Origin: Lama guanicoe | Taxonomy: Eukaryota | Assembly (NCBI GenBank): GCA_013239625.1 | Contig: MU053431.1 | Coordinates: forward strand, 2,818,485 to 2,874,684 | Reading direction: 5' to 3' | Length of the DNA: 56,200 nucleotides | Shown: positions 15,001 through 27,640 of the stretch, piece by piece | Layout of the letters: every line of letters begins with the position of its first letter | Numbering within the stretch: position 1 is the first letter of the stretch | Program-made: the position numbers and the translations under genes | Notes under the pieces: model-generated | The model's input: the letters and a program-made list of their open reading frames with translations, nothing else | Databases searched by the model: none | What the model was told of the DNA's origin: nothing

Positions 15001-16399
15001 AACCTCAGGCCTGGGTCACGGCCAGACAGACCCCCAGGCGGGTTTCTTTCTTGAAGTGCTGAGTCTAGGGGCCTGTTGGAGTCAGAACAACTTGAAATTG
15101 AGGAATCATGGGTGCATGCTCAGAGGGGGACTGCTTGCCCTGGTCCGCAGCCCTCCCTGCGTTCTGTAGGGCAGCAGGGAGACCCCCAGCTCCCGGTCCC
15201 CAGGTGTCCTGTGAGTACGTCACTCAGAGCGCGTTCCGTCTGTAGCTACAGACACATGTGCGTTGAGAGGCGCTTACTTCAAGGACTTGGGATTTCAGTC
15301 TTCGCTCTCAGGGCCTCACCTGGAGGGTAATTTGCTTTACTCAAAGTTTAATGACTGAAGTGCTAACCACATCTGAAATAAACTCTCACAACACCACCTA
15401 GACTGGTATTTGAGCACACATTTGAGCACCACAGCCTAGCCAGTGGACGCATGAAATTAACCATTGCAGACTCCTGCCCTGACCCAGGCGCTGCTAGCCT
15501 CTTACTAAGGTGGTTCGTTGTAAGATGAGAAATTATTTTTGAGAAGCTTTCCGATCATTTTCCGTGAATGAATACATTTGAGTTCACCAGTATTCTTAGA
15601 TCAACATCAAATCGCGGCCACCTGTACAGTAGAGATAGCAGAGAAGCCTTTGCGCACGTCCGGAACTGTGGTTAATTCGACTTTCTGGCTACAAATGGCT
15701 TAAAGTGAAGAACAAAATTTTTCTCTCTTCAGCCCACCTCATCTGGATGCTCTCAACACAACAGCTGTGCAGTAGCGACGCCTTGTGGTTAATTTTGCAT
15801 CTTGTCATTGCTGTGGCCTCGACCCTGGGATGAGGACTCCCCTGGCTAGTCTCACTGATGGAGAAAGGAGAGAAGGTCCAGCTCTAACACCTTTTACTTG
15901 GGATGCTGCCCCTGCCTTAACCCCTCAGTGGTGTCTGATGTGTCTGTGGGCAATAATCTCAGTCAGAGGCCCAAGACACTGAGAGTGGACACGACACCTT
16001 CCCCCTCCCCTGGGGGAGACGTCAGAAAGCGGGGGTGGGGTGGGGGAGCAGGTGGAGCTGAGGACGCCTGTGTGAGCAGGGCTTTGGGCAGCCCTTCCTG
16101 GCTGACACACGGTGGGGGCGAGGGGCTGTGTTTCTGACTGGCGAGTCTCTATCAGCATCCCTGCATCAGCTCCCTGACCACTGTCTGGGGTTTGGAAATG
16201 GAGCTCCTTCTCAAAAGCAGAGTGCAGTGGGAAGACCCTTGGAGGACAGAATATATTTTTGTTATTGTAATTGTAAAAGCAATTCTTGCCCACCGTAGAA
16301 ACAGTCAGACAACACTGCAGTGAACAAAGTGAGAAGAGACACTCTTATCCAGGCCTGAGGCACACTAAAAAATAACCTTATACATTTACCCACATAGTT

Positions 16400-16850
16400 A
16401 TAATGATAACCAGTGTTATCATCCTTTTGTATAGATCCAAATTTCCATCTGTTATTATTTGCTTTCTGCCCGAAAAACTCACTTTTTAAAAAAATGTATT
16501 CTGCTCTATTCTTCATTCTCTTTTTGATATTCCCATTACATACGTTACACCTTTTCATTTCATTTGTTTCGAGATTGTTCATCAACTGCTCACTGAAATA
16601 TTTTCATTACTTAAAAAAAACTTTGTCAGATAGCTCTTTTTCTTAACATTTTTAATTGAGTTATAGTCATTTTACAATGTTGTGTCAAATTCCGGTGTAG
16701 AGCACAATTTTTCAGTTACACATGAACATACATATATTCATTGTCACAATTTTTTTCGCTGTGTGAAAAACTCGCTTTATCATTTCATGTTGTGTGGGTC
16801 TGCTGCTTCTTCTAGTTTCTGTATGTCTGAAAAAAATTTCATCTTCTTTA
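16400..16850 (-). mobile_element. Old L1 (L1MC/L1ME-like) fragment interrupted by a short young L1 3' end (~16635-16764)
   Basis: 16640-16764 is the near-identical reverse complement of the L1 3' end at 27489-27610. The flanks resemble ancient L1 sequence. Confidence 0.65.
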
Positions 16851-16859
16851 AAAAAATCT

Positions 16860-19800
16860 AGTACACTTTATTTCTGAGAGGAGTTTTAAGGGACTAGTAC
16901 AGAGAATTCCCATATACCCTCCCTATCACGAAGTTTCCTCTGCCATTAACATCCTGCGTTACTGTGATACATTGTTACAACCGATGTACCAGTATTGATA
17001 CACTATTTTTTGATACACTATTAATTAAAGTCCATAATTTACATTAGGCTTTACTCTTGGTGGTGTACATTCTGCGAATTATGACAATGCATATGTCATG
17101 TTCCCACCATCACGGTATCACACAAAATAGTTGCACTGCCCTAAAAACCCTCTGTGCTCTGTCTCTTCTCTTCCCCCACCCCCATTCCTAGCAACCACTA
17201 ATCTTGTTACCGTTTCTACAGTTTTGCTCTTTCCAAAATGTCACATCATACAACATGCATGGAATCATACACTATGTAGCCTTTTCAGACTGGCTTCGTT
17301 CATTTAGCAATAAGCATGTAAGTTTCCTCCATATCTTTCTGTGACTGGACAGCTCACTTCTTTTTAGTGCTGAATAGCATTCCACAGTTGGGATGTGCCA
17401 CAGTTGTATCTATTTACCTATTGAAGAACGTCTTGGTGGCTTCCAATGTTTGTCAATTATGAATAAAGCTGCTATAAACATTTGTGTGGAGATATTTGTG
17501 TGAACATTAGTTTTCAACTCCTTTGGTTAAATACCAAGGAGTGTGATTGCTGTATTTAATGATAAGACTGTTTAGCTTTGGAAGAAACTGCCAAACTGTC
17601 TTCCAAAGCGGCTGTGCCGTTTTACATTCCCACCGGCCATGCATGAGATCCCCTGTAGTTCCACATCCTTACCAGCACTTGGTGTGGTCAGTGTTTGGGG
17701 TTTCAGCCATTGCTGGGGTTTCAGTGTGCAGTGTGTGTATCTTGTTGTTTTAGTTTGCATCTCCCCGATAACAGGATGTTGAACATCTTTTCTTTGCTTA
17801 CTTGCCACCTGTATGTCTCTTTTGCTGAGGCATCTATTCAAGTCTTTGGCCCAGTTTTTAACTGGGTTGTTTGGGATTTTTTTTGTTGTTGAGTTTTAAG
17901 AGTTCTTTATATATTTCAGATACAAATCCTTTATCAATTATGCATTTTGTGAATATTTTCTCTCCGTCTGTGGCTTATCTGTTTATTCTTTTAATATTGT
18001 CTTTCACAGAGGAGGAGTTTTGAATTTTAATGAAATCTATCTTATAGATTTTTTTTTTCTTTCATGAATCACCTCTTTGGTGTTGTATGTAAAACATCCT
18101 TGCCCAGCCAAGGTAATCCAGATTTTCTTCTATATTATCTACAGGAACTTTTATGTGAAAATTGTGAGGTTTGTGTCTAGATCCATTTTTGTGTATGTGT
18201 GTGTCCAGTTGTTCCAGTATCATTTGTTGGAAAGACCATCCTTCCTCCATTGTATTGATTTGCTCCTTTGTCAAAACACAGTCAACTATATTTGTGTACG
18301 TCTTTTTCTGGAGTCTGTATTCTATTCTATTGATCTACTTGCCTAGTCTTTCATTGAAACCACACTGTCTTGATTACTGTAACTTTATAGTAAGTCTTGG
18401 AATCAGGGAGTGTCAATCTTCCAACTTTGTTCTTCTCCTTCGATACTGTATTGGATACTCTGTTTTTTTGCCTTTCAACATAAACTTTAAATCAGTGTGT
18501 TGATATCCACAAAATAGCTTGCTTGGATTTTGACTGGATTGCATTGAGTCTACAGATCAAGGTGGGAGGGACTGACATTTAAATAACATTTAGGCTTCCT
18601 ATCTGTGAACATGGACTATCTATTCATTCATTTGGATTTTCTTTGAGTTCTTTCATCAGTTTTGTAGTCTTTTTCATATCCATTTTTACTTTTTTGGAGT
18701 TAGATTTATAAGTAATTCTAAGTATTTCTCTTTTTTTTGATGCTAATGTAAATGTTGTGTTTTTAATTTCAAATTCCAATTGTTCACTGCTGGTATATTG
18801 GAAAGTGATCGATTTTTGTATATTAACATTGTAGTCTGAAACCTTGCTACAACTGTTTATTGGCTCAGGAGGTTTTTGTTTATTTTTAATAGATTTTTGG
18901 GGTATATTCTATGTCATCTGCAAACAAAGACAGTTTATTTCTTCCTTCCAAATCTGTATACCTTTATTCTCCTTTTCATGTCTCATTGGATTAGTATGAT
19001 GCTATACTAATCTTCCAGTTCAGTGTTCATCAGGAACGGCAAGAGAGAACATTCTTGCCTTATTCCCAACTTTATGGGAAAATATCTAGTTTCTCACCAC
19101 TAAGTATGATGTTGGCTGTGGGGGCTTTGAGGATATTCTTTATCAAGTTGAGAAAGTTCTCTATTCCTAGTTTGCTGAGAGTCTTTATAATGAATGGATG
19201 TTGGATTTTGTCAAATGCTCTTTTGCATCTGTTGATATGATTTTAAGATTTTTCTTCTTTAGCTTATCGATGTGATGGATTACACTGATATTTTAATTTA
19301 CTGAAGTATAGCTGATTTACAATGTTGTGTCAATTTCTGGTGTACAGCATAGTGGTTCAGTTATACATATACATATATATTCTTTTTCATCATTGGTGAT
19401 TAGAAGTTATTGAATATAGTTCCCTGTGCTGTACAGTAAGACCTTGCTGTTTTTCTGTTCTGTATATAGTCGTTTGTATCTGCTAACCCCAAACTCCCAA
19501 TTTATCTCTCCTTCTACCTTTCTCCTTTGGTAACCATAAGTTTGTTTCCTATGTCTGTGAGTCTCTTTTTGTTATGTAAATAAGTTCATTTGTGTTTTTT
19601 TTTTTTTTTTTTTTTTTAGCCATGTATAAGTGATAGCATTGATTTTTATTTTTGAATGTGGAACTAGCTTTGCATCCCTGGAATAAACTGCACTTGGTCG
19701 TGGTGTGTAATTCTTTCTATATATTACTGGATTGGATTTGTTAATATTCTGTTGAGGGTTTTTGTGTCTATGACCATGAGGGATATTGGTGTCTACTTTC

Positions 19801-20620
19801 CCTGTCTTGTGATGTCTTTGTCTGGTTTTTGTATTAGGGCAATTTTGGCCTCCTAGAATGAGTTAAGAAGCATTCCCTAGCTTCTGTTTCCTGGGAGAGA
19901 TTAAGTAATTAGTATCATTTCTTCCTCCAGTGTTAGAACTCACCAGTGAGCCCATCTGGGCCTGGTGCTTTCTGTTTGGAAGGTTATTCATTACTGATTT
20001 CTTTAATAGATGTGGGACCACTCAGATGATCTGTGTAACCTTGTGTGAGTTTGGATATTTGTGTCTTAAAGGGAATTGGTTCATTTCACCTAGATTATCA
20101 CATTTGTGGGTGTAGAGTTGTTCACAAAATTCTTAAATTTTTTTAATTTTATGGAATGTTCTCTCATATATATATATTTTATTATTGAAGTATAGTCAGT
20201 TTACAATGTTGTGTCAATTTCTGGTGTGCACCATAATGCTTCGGTGATACATGGGCATATGTATATTCATTTTCATATTCCTCTTCACCATAAGTTACAA
20301 GATATGGAATGTAGTTCTGTGTGCTACACAGGATGAACTTGTTGTTTTAAAGTTCTTTCATTGTCCTTTTAATGTCCATGGGATCGTATTTCATTTCTGA
20401 CAGTTAATAACTTGTATCTTCTCTTTTTTTCTCGGTTGGCCTGGCTAGAGGTTTATCGATTTCATCAGTCTTTTCAGAGAACTACCTGCTGGCTTCCCTG
20501 ACTTCCCCTATTGGTTTCCTATCTTCACCTGCATTGATTTCGGCCCTCACTTCTGTTATTTCTGTTCTCCTGCTCACTTGGATTTAATTTGCTCTTTGCT
20601 GCGCCACTCCCAGCTTGTTG
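16860..20620 (-). mobile_element. Degraded L1 (L1MB/L1MC-like) 3' UTR plus ORF2 remnants, with nested younger L1 3' ends at ~19290-19635 and ~20150-20350
   Basis: T-rich + strand with typical antisense L1 motifs (gaataaagctgctataaacattt, aagaaactgccaaactgtcttccaaag, ttctcaccactaagtatgatgttggctgtg). Minus-strand ORF pieces resemble decayed ORF2. Confidence 0.85.
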
Positions 20621-20624
20621 ATGG

Positions 20625-21165
20625 AGTGCCTGGGGCATTTTCTAGGCCTGTATTATTGTAGTGAGCCTCGTAGACACCCCCACGCCTGCTGCCGGGACTG
20701 ATGCTGTGGCTGGACCGGAACCTTGTGGTTCTTACTGTGACCAGAGGATGCACTTCAGCAAAACCATGAGGGAACGCTGAGGAACAAGATTCATTACTCA
20801 CAGTTCCTGCAGGGCAGATGGCACACCCTACGGCCACACAGCTAGGTTGGAAGGGGAGAGGGAGAACCTGGGGCTCTGCCTTTATCAGGGTCTGAGGGGG
20901 CGGTGTCTGGGGCTTCACGCTCATCACTGGTAAGCTTGCAGCATAAGGGCGGGAATTAGGATGTAGGCTGGGTCATTCAGGTGCTCAGTTTCCTAGGTCA
21001 CCCAGGGTTTTCTGAAAGGGGGGCTCCATGCTGGGGGAGCAGTTCCCTGCCTGGTTGTTTTGCTAGTAGCTGTGTCACATGGCTGGCGATATGTTTATTC
21101 ACGAGCAGTATCTTCTGACGTAGGTGCCTTGGTAATCAGAGCTTCGTGCCAGGCACTTACACTCT
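20625..21165. mobile_element. Probable LTR-type insertion within the L1 block
   Basis: Abrupt GC-richer, non-L1 segment between L1 pieces. Family not identified and boundaries approximate. Confidence 0.4.
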
Positions 21166-21169
21166 TCGC

Positions 21170-22680
21170 CCCTTTGTCTTTGAGAGATCTTTTCACTGGG
21201 TGTAGAGTTCTAGGTCGACAGGGTTTTCTTCCCCCTTTCAGGATTTTAAATACGTTGCTTCCCTGTCGTCTTGCTTGTGTTGTTCTCAACAGGAAATCTG
21301 CTGTCAGCCTTATTTCTATGCCTTCGTATATAATGCGTCTTTTTCCTCTGGGTATTTTGTCCTATTTTATTTTTCTCTTTATCGTTGGTTTTGAGAAATT
21401 TGACTATGTTGTGCCTTGGTGTAGTTTTCTTTATATTTCTGTGCTTGAGGTTCATTGAGTTTTATAGTTTTCATCAAATTTGGAAAAATCTCAGACTTTG
21501 TTTTGTCAAATTACTCTTTCTGTCCCAAACTGTCTTTCCTTCTTTCGGCGATACTAATTACACCTGTATTAGGGCACTGGGAGTTGTCCACATCTGCCAT
21601 TGAGACTGTTAACTTTTTATTCTCTTTCCTCTCCGTGTTTTATTTGGGTTAGTTCCTACTGCTGTGTCTTCAGTCTTTTCTTCAGCAGTGTCCAATTTGC
21701 TGCTAAAACCATCTGGTGTGTTTTTAAACTGAGATACTGTAATTTTCAATTCTAGATATTTGAGTCTCTTTTCTCTGCTTAACTGTTTTCAACACTTCAT
21801 ATTCACTTTTAACAGCCGTGTCAGTGTCTTTGTCTCCTAACACTGAGATCTACATCAGCTCTCGGGCCAGTTCCAAGTGCCCGATTTTTCTCCTCAGTGT
21901 GAGTTGTCCTTTTCTCCGTCTTTTCTCCTGATAATTTTAGATCAGATGCCAGGTTTTGTGAATTTTACCTTGCTGAGGGTTGGATATTTTGCGTTCTTAA
22001 AACTATTCTTGAGCTTTGTTTTGGGGCACAATTAGAAGGATATAGTTTGATTCCTTCAAATCTTTTTTTAAATCTGTTAGGTGGGGTCTGTGCAGTGCCC
22101 GGTCTGGGGCTAATTATTCTTCAACACTGAGGCAAGGACTTTCTGTGCAGTCAACCCAATGTCCCCTGAACCAGGAGGTTTTCCAGTCTGGCTGATGGGG
22201 GCCTCACCACTTCCTGCCTTGTGACTGTGAGCAGCATTACCTCTAATCCTTCCAGGCAATTCTTTCCCTGGACTTTGGTTGTTTCTTCACATACAGGTGC
22301 ATTAGTTCTCTACAGGATACTGGAGTGGTCTCCTGCAGGTCCCAAGCTCCTGTTTAAGGTAGCCCTCTCCCCACCAGCACTCTGCCCTGTGCTCTGCAGT
22401 CTCAGTTTTATCTCCTCAGGTCAGGGCGTCTTCCAGGCTCTGCTTGGTCCCCTGCTCTGCACTGTGGCCTGGAGTGGCGGGGGCGGGGGTGTGGTGGTGG
22501 TGGTGGTGGTGGCAATTGCAGGGCTCAGCCTATCGGTTTTGCATTTCACAGGAGTCACTGAGCTTTGCTACATAATGTCCAGTGTCCTGAGAACTGTTGC
22601 TTCACATATTTTGTCTATTTCTTTGTTGTTTCAGCAAAGAGGGCAAGTCCAACTTCTGTCACTCCATCTTGGTCAGAGAT
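21170..22680 (-). mobile_element. Ancient L1 ORF1/5' region remnant
   Basis: Minus-strand peptides such as KKTTPRHNIVKFLKTNDKEK and CRPRTLHPVKRSLK resemble L1 ORF1p. Confidence 0.75.
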
Positions 22681-22688
22681 TCTTAGCA

Positions 22689-22862
22689 GAGTTTCAGTTT
22701 GGAATGATGAACAAAGTCTGGAGATAGATGTTGGTGATGGTTGTACAACAAGGAGCATGAACTTGATGCTGCTGAACTGTATACTTAAAAATGGCTAAAA
22801 TGGCAAATTTTATGTTATCTATATATTACCACACACACACAACCCTTAAAATAAAATAAAAA
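22689..22862 (+). mobile_element. L1MB-like 3' terminal fragment
   Basis: gagtttcagtttgg...ggtgatggttgtacaaca...gaactgtatacttaaaaatggctaaaatggcaaattttatgtta followed by an A-rich tail. Confidence 0.8.
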
Positions 22863-24829
22863 GGGCCACTTGAACCAAGGGAAGTCTTAGTACACCTCTA
22901 TGATAATGACAACAGAGCCCTAAATGTGGCTCCAACCACATGAATACTGGATACATTCCTGCCTCTGGCTCTGCACGCCTGTCCCTGTGCTGGGGACTCT
23001 TTTTCCAGATCTGTCAACCATGGGTGGCCCACAAGTCACCCAACCAAAGCCCACAGCCTTCAGTAAGGTTCCCCAATACCTGCCAGAGACACCTCACAGC
23101 TCCCCATGGTGTGCACCTCACTCCCTGGGACAAGAAATAATCCCAGCTCATCCAACTATAGGTGTGTCTGATGGCCTTTGGTGGGGCACTGACATCTCTT
23201 TTACAGACAGGGAAACGTTGACAGGACTGGCTACTGTCAGGAAGCAGGATTAACTCAGTGAATGGTATCTCTGGGGACAGGGCAGAGGGAAGCTCTGCTG
23301 TACTGACAAGGAGCAGGGCTCACTGCTGTTGGCTGGGAGAGGGCACGTTGGTGGCACAGGGACCTGGCTTTGGTCTGTGCTTTGACACAGTTATGACGTG
23401 GCCCTGTTTTGTCTCCCTTTATCGCCGTGGAGCTCCTCTGCAAGATGCCCATGTCCAGCAGGAGAGCCACAGGGCCTTGTTGCGAGAGCCAGGCCAACTC
23501 CCATTGTTGGGGCTGCTCTTTTCCTCGGGGGGCACGCTAGTATCTACTCCCCAGAAATAACCTGTGTAAAGTGCTTAGCATGACACTCTAGGGAGATGAA
23601 TACCGATGGTATGTTATCTATTATGTATACTAGGCATATATGAGGAAGACCACTCAGCAGAGCCCAGGGAGGGGTGGTGGGATGGGAGGCAGGAGCCCTT
23701 TGAAGAGGCTATAGCATGGCCCAGTAGAGATGATGGAAGAAGGATAAGGTGGGGAGGGTGTGTATGAGGGGTATCCCCTCCCAGCAGGGAGAGGGTCAAG
23801 GATGGCCCCAGGGCCTCTGCAATTCGAAACTGTCACAGGAAACCACAGGCACCCAGGTAGGAAGGACTCTGAGAGCCAGCGGGAAGGTCATGAGGTTGGT
23901 GGCAACCAAAGGGCCATTGATCAGGGCTGTGGACCACCAAAGGAGAAGCAAGCCTTCCCCAGAACGATGGAAAGTGGTGAAAACCACGCCCCCAGGTGGA
24001 GCTCAAGTCAGGGGAGGAATGTGGGTGCAGCAGGGACCCAAGTCTTCTCCTCCAGAGCAGCAATGCTTGGGGTGCCTTATAAGACTGTGTTTGAGGAAAG
24101 GGTTCTGCTGCTAAAAACTCACGTGGAAAACCTATGTGAGGTTTGGTCTGAAGCAGAAGGAAGACAGGCAGATTCCAGAGTTTACTGGGCAGGCTGGCTA
24201 CAAAGGGATGGTGGCACCAGGTGGCAGAAGATTGGAGGCCCCAAGGCGGCTGTGGGTGGTTGGGGAGGTAACACTGAGGATCTGCCGGTGGGCCAGAACG
24301 CACAGGCAGGTCCCTTGAAGGTCGCTGGACTGATGTCCAGACCACTCTCACAGGAAGGGCTGATCAGACAGCCTGTGCAGGGGCCACCTGCCTGGCCAAG
24401 AACATCTCCAAGCCAGCTGCTGTGGAGCACAGCTTCCTGCTCTGAGATCAGGTCCACCTGCGACCCTCACCCACTCTCGCACCACACGCAGGGTGGGAGG
24501 CGGCAGCCCGCTAAAGCCCAGTAGGGTGAGCGGGCAGGCCTGGGCCGGCGTGGACCCCTCGCAGGTGTGGGGACGGCATGGGGTTCCCACCCACTTCTGC
24601 TCTCTGTGGCCTGTAGCCATTGGACCCTCTCTTGACACCGCTGGATCTTTCTCATCCTGCAGATCTTCGCTCGAATGGCCCTTTGGTGTCACAGAAACCA
24701 CAACAGCCACCGCCACTGGGTTACTGCCCGTCACCTCTGTTTTCCTTTCTTCCTCAATTGTTGGCCCCCTCGTGGAATGTTACTTCCACGGGAGCGAGCC
24801 CTGCTTGCTCTGCTCGCAGCTAGGTCCTG

Positions 24830-25200
24830 GCTCGCGGTGGGGCGGGAAGAGACAACGCTCACCTTCGACCTCCGCATCCCTGTCAAGCCCAGGTTCGGCC
24901 GCGACGTCGGGGTGGGGCCCACCGCGGCGCCATCGCCCCTTTAAGGCTGGGCCGGGGCGCACGCGCAGTTGGGCCGTAGCGCGCGCAGGCGCAGTGGGAC
25001 GGCGGATATTCACGGCGGCGGAGGTCGAGGCTGCGTAGCGTTTCGGCGGACGGACGAGGGGTGCTTGAGGAGCTGCCGGCGCGGCCAGCAGCCAGGTCCC
25101 GCTCTCGCGGGCTGGCCGAGCGAGGAGGTAGGGTCACGGTCGCTGCCGTCCTCGGCCGGGGGCGGTGTGTCCTCTCGGCCCCTCCCCACCCCGCCTCCTC
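24830..25200 (+). promoter_or_regulatory. PCMTD2: PCMTD2 CpG-island promoter and probable non-coding exon 1 (~24995-25127, donor GT at 25128)
   Basis: High CpG density; GC box gggcggg at ~24840; TATA-like tttaag at 24940; two NRF1-like motifs (gcgcacgcgca ~24957, gcgcaggcgca ~24983); gag|gtaggg donor. The TSS is inferred. Confidence 0.8.
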
Positions 25201-25400
25201 TCCATTCCCTCTCCCCTCTCCTGTCCTCTCCCCCTCCCCCGTCCTCTCCCCTCCCTCCCCNNNNNNNNNNNNNNNNNNNNNNNNNNNNNNNNNNNNNNNN
25301 NNNNNNNNNNNNNNNNNNNNNNNNNNNNNNNNNNCTCCCCCCTTCCCTTCCCTTCCCCTCCGCCTCCTTTTTTCTCCCTCTGCTCTCTTCTCTCCTTCCA
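25180..25400. repeat. C/T-rich low-complexity tract containing a 74-nt assembly gap (N at 25261-25334)
   Basis: Visible directly in the sequence. Confidence 0.95.
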
Positions 25401-26807
25401 CATTCCCCTGCTGGCTTGGTGCCTGTGTTTTGTTGCTGTTTGCGAGGGCACAGGCCTCTTGAGTTGATGTTTGCACCTCAAAAAGGTCATCTCTCCGCCC
25501 CCGCCACCCTTTGCTCAAGGAGCTGCTGAAGTAAATAGCCCTGCTGCTGGCGTGGAGTAGAGTGAAGGGTGCCTATAAACAACTCAGAGCTTATGGCTCT
25601 GCCTGGGGGAAAGAGCACCATACACTCGGGTGAGAGGGGACCTCGGAGGTGGTGGGGTTCAGCGCCTGGGCCCTCCCCCGGCTTGTGCTTGGCCTGGGGA
25701 ATCCTCCTGAGAACGTTTTGGTCTTCGCAGTTTGGGTTGTTAGAAAGCTTTTCTGTGTGTTCAGTAGAAATTCTCTCTCTTTAACGTGTGTTCCACTGGT
25801 CTGGCTTTGTCAGGCCAGTGAACAGTGCATACGCTGGCAGCCTTTCAAGTATTTGGAAAAAATCCCTTTGCATTTCCTTGTAAGAGTTGTGGTTTTCAAG
25901 ATGAAAAATACCTCAGTTTCTTCCATTGTTCCTCCGGCAGGAGGTGTGGTTTTAGTTCCCAGCTCATCTTCTACATGAATTGCTTTGTCCACATTGCCCT
26001 GATTTTAATAAGCAACATTCAGGTGGGAACGTGGCCCTCCACGTGTAGTCTGACAAACCCAGCGTGGGCCTGACTCCTGACCCCCGTTGTTAGGGCTTCG
26101 TGCTGTCCTAACCTCACCACAGCCGCGGACTTCTCAGTCATCAGTCCTGAGCCCGCTGCTGCTCTCCTTCCTCCTCACTGTGCCCTTGCAGTTGTTTTTG
26201 GAAGGAGCAGTAAGCGTCTGGTTGTCCTGTTGGGCTGTGGCCATTTACTGCAGAGTGATGAAGTATGTGAAGGATTGCAAAGTATAATCAAGCACAGCAT
26301 CCAAAAAAATGATGTGCCATTACTTTGGAAAAGTGAACTTGAGTGGGTTGTGGACCCGCATTTGGTTTGGCAAGGGTACCTTTGCACCTTTGTCAGTTTT
26401 TTTTGGTGGCGGGACATTGACGGTCAGTTGTGAGGGCGAGTGTTAGGTTACCAGGCAAAGTTAATAATAACATCAGATCTACAGATGGTCATGTGCACCC
26501 TACTAGTGGCAACACATAGGGTTACCACATAGTTATTTTGTCTCATTTTGGACAGAGATTACCAGCATATTCTATGTTAAAGAATTTTGCTCCCTTGAGA
26601 ATTTTTAAGGCTGTATTTGGTGTGACCTTTGGCTGGACAGTCCTGGTTTCAGTGCCAGCCCTCTTCTTGCACACTGGTGTGTGATCATGAGCAAAATAAC
26701 TTCTTAGTCCCATTCTGCCTCATAATGTGAAGCCAAAATGAGGTCTTGACTGGAGGTGGTGCCTGTAAAAAGGTCGTAGCTATTTTTACAAAAAGCTAGC
26801 CTTTGCA

Positions 26808-27640
26808 GAATGGCCATCATTCAAAAGTCCACAAATGACAAATGCTGGAGAGGCTGTGGAGAAAAGGGAACCCTCCCACACTGCTGGTGGGAATGCAGTT
26901 TGGTGCAGCCACTGTGGAAAACCGTATGGAGATTCCTCAAAAGACTAGGAATAGACTTACCATATGACCCAGTAATCCCACTCCTGGGCATGTATCCAGA
27001 AGGAACTCTACTTCAAAAAGACACATGCACCCCATGCTCATAGCAGCACTGTTTACAATAGCCAAGACATGGAAACAGCCTAAATGTCCATCAGCAGATG
27101 ACTGGATAAAGAAGATGTGGTATATTTATACAATGGAATACTATTCAGCCATAAAAACGACAACATAATGCCATTTGCAGCAACATGGATGTCCCTTTAG
27201 AATGTCATTCTAAGTGAAGTAAGCCAGAAAGAGAAAGAAAAATACCATATGAGATCGCTCAAATGTGGAAGCTTAAAAAAAAAAAAAAAGAACAAAAAGA
27301 ACATAAATACAAAACAGAAACAGACCCATAGACATAGAATACAAACTTGTGGTTGCCAAGGGGGAAGAGGGTGGGAAGGGACAGACTGGGAGTTCAAAAT
27401 TTGTAGATACTGACAGGCATGTGCAGAATAGATAAAGAAGATTATACTGTATAGCACAGGGAAATATATATAAGGTCTTGTGGTAGCTCACAGCGAAAAA
27501 AATGTGACAATGAATGTATGTATATTCATGTATAACTGAAAAATTGTGCTCTACTCTGGAATTTGACACGACATTGTAAAATGACTATAACTCAATAAGA
27601 AAATGTTTAAAAAAATTAAATGGTGCTGCTATGAAAAAAA
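26808..27640 (+). mobile_element. Young 5'-truncated L1 (ORF2 C-terminal CCHC region, 3' UTR, A tail) in PCMTD2 intron 1, with a perfect 17-bp target-site duplication
   Basis: ORF 26810 reads [34 protein letters not shown], the L1 ORF2 C-terminus. aaaagctagcctttgca occurs at both 26791-26807 and 27641-27657. Confidence 0.95.

Noticed and set aside
9100..16300. Possible additional gene between MYT1 and PCMTD2
   Set aside because: No coherent exon chain or recognisable peptide; only faint MIR/MLT-like remnants that I cannot delimit reliably.
23760..24524. 254-aa ORF upstream of the PCMTD2 promoter
   Set aside because: No recognisable homology, splice structure or ATG start; overlapped by other chance ORFs.
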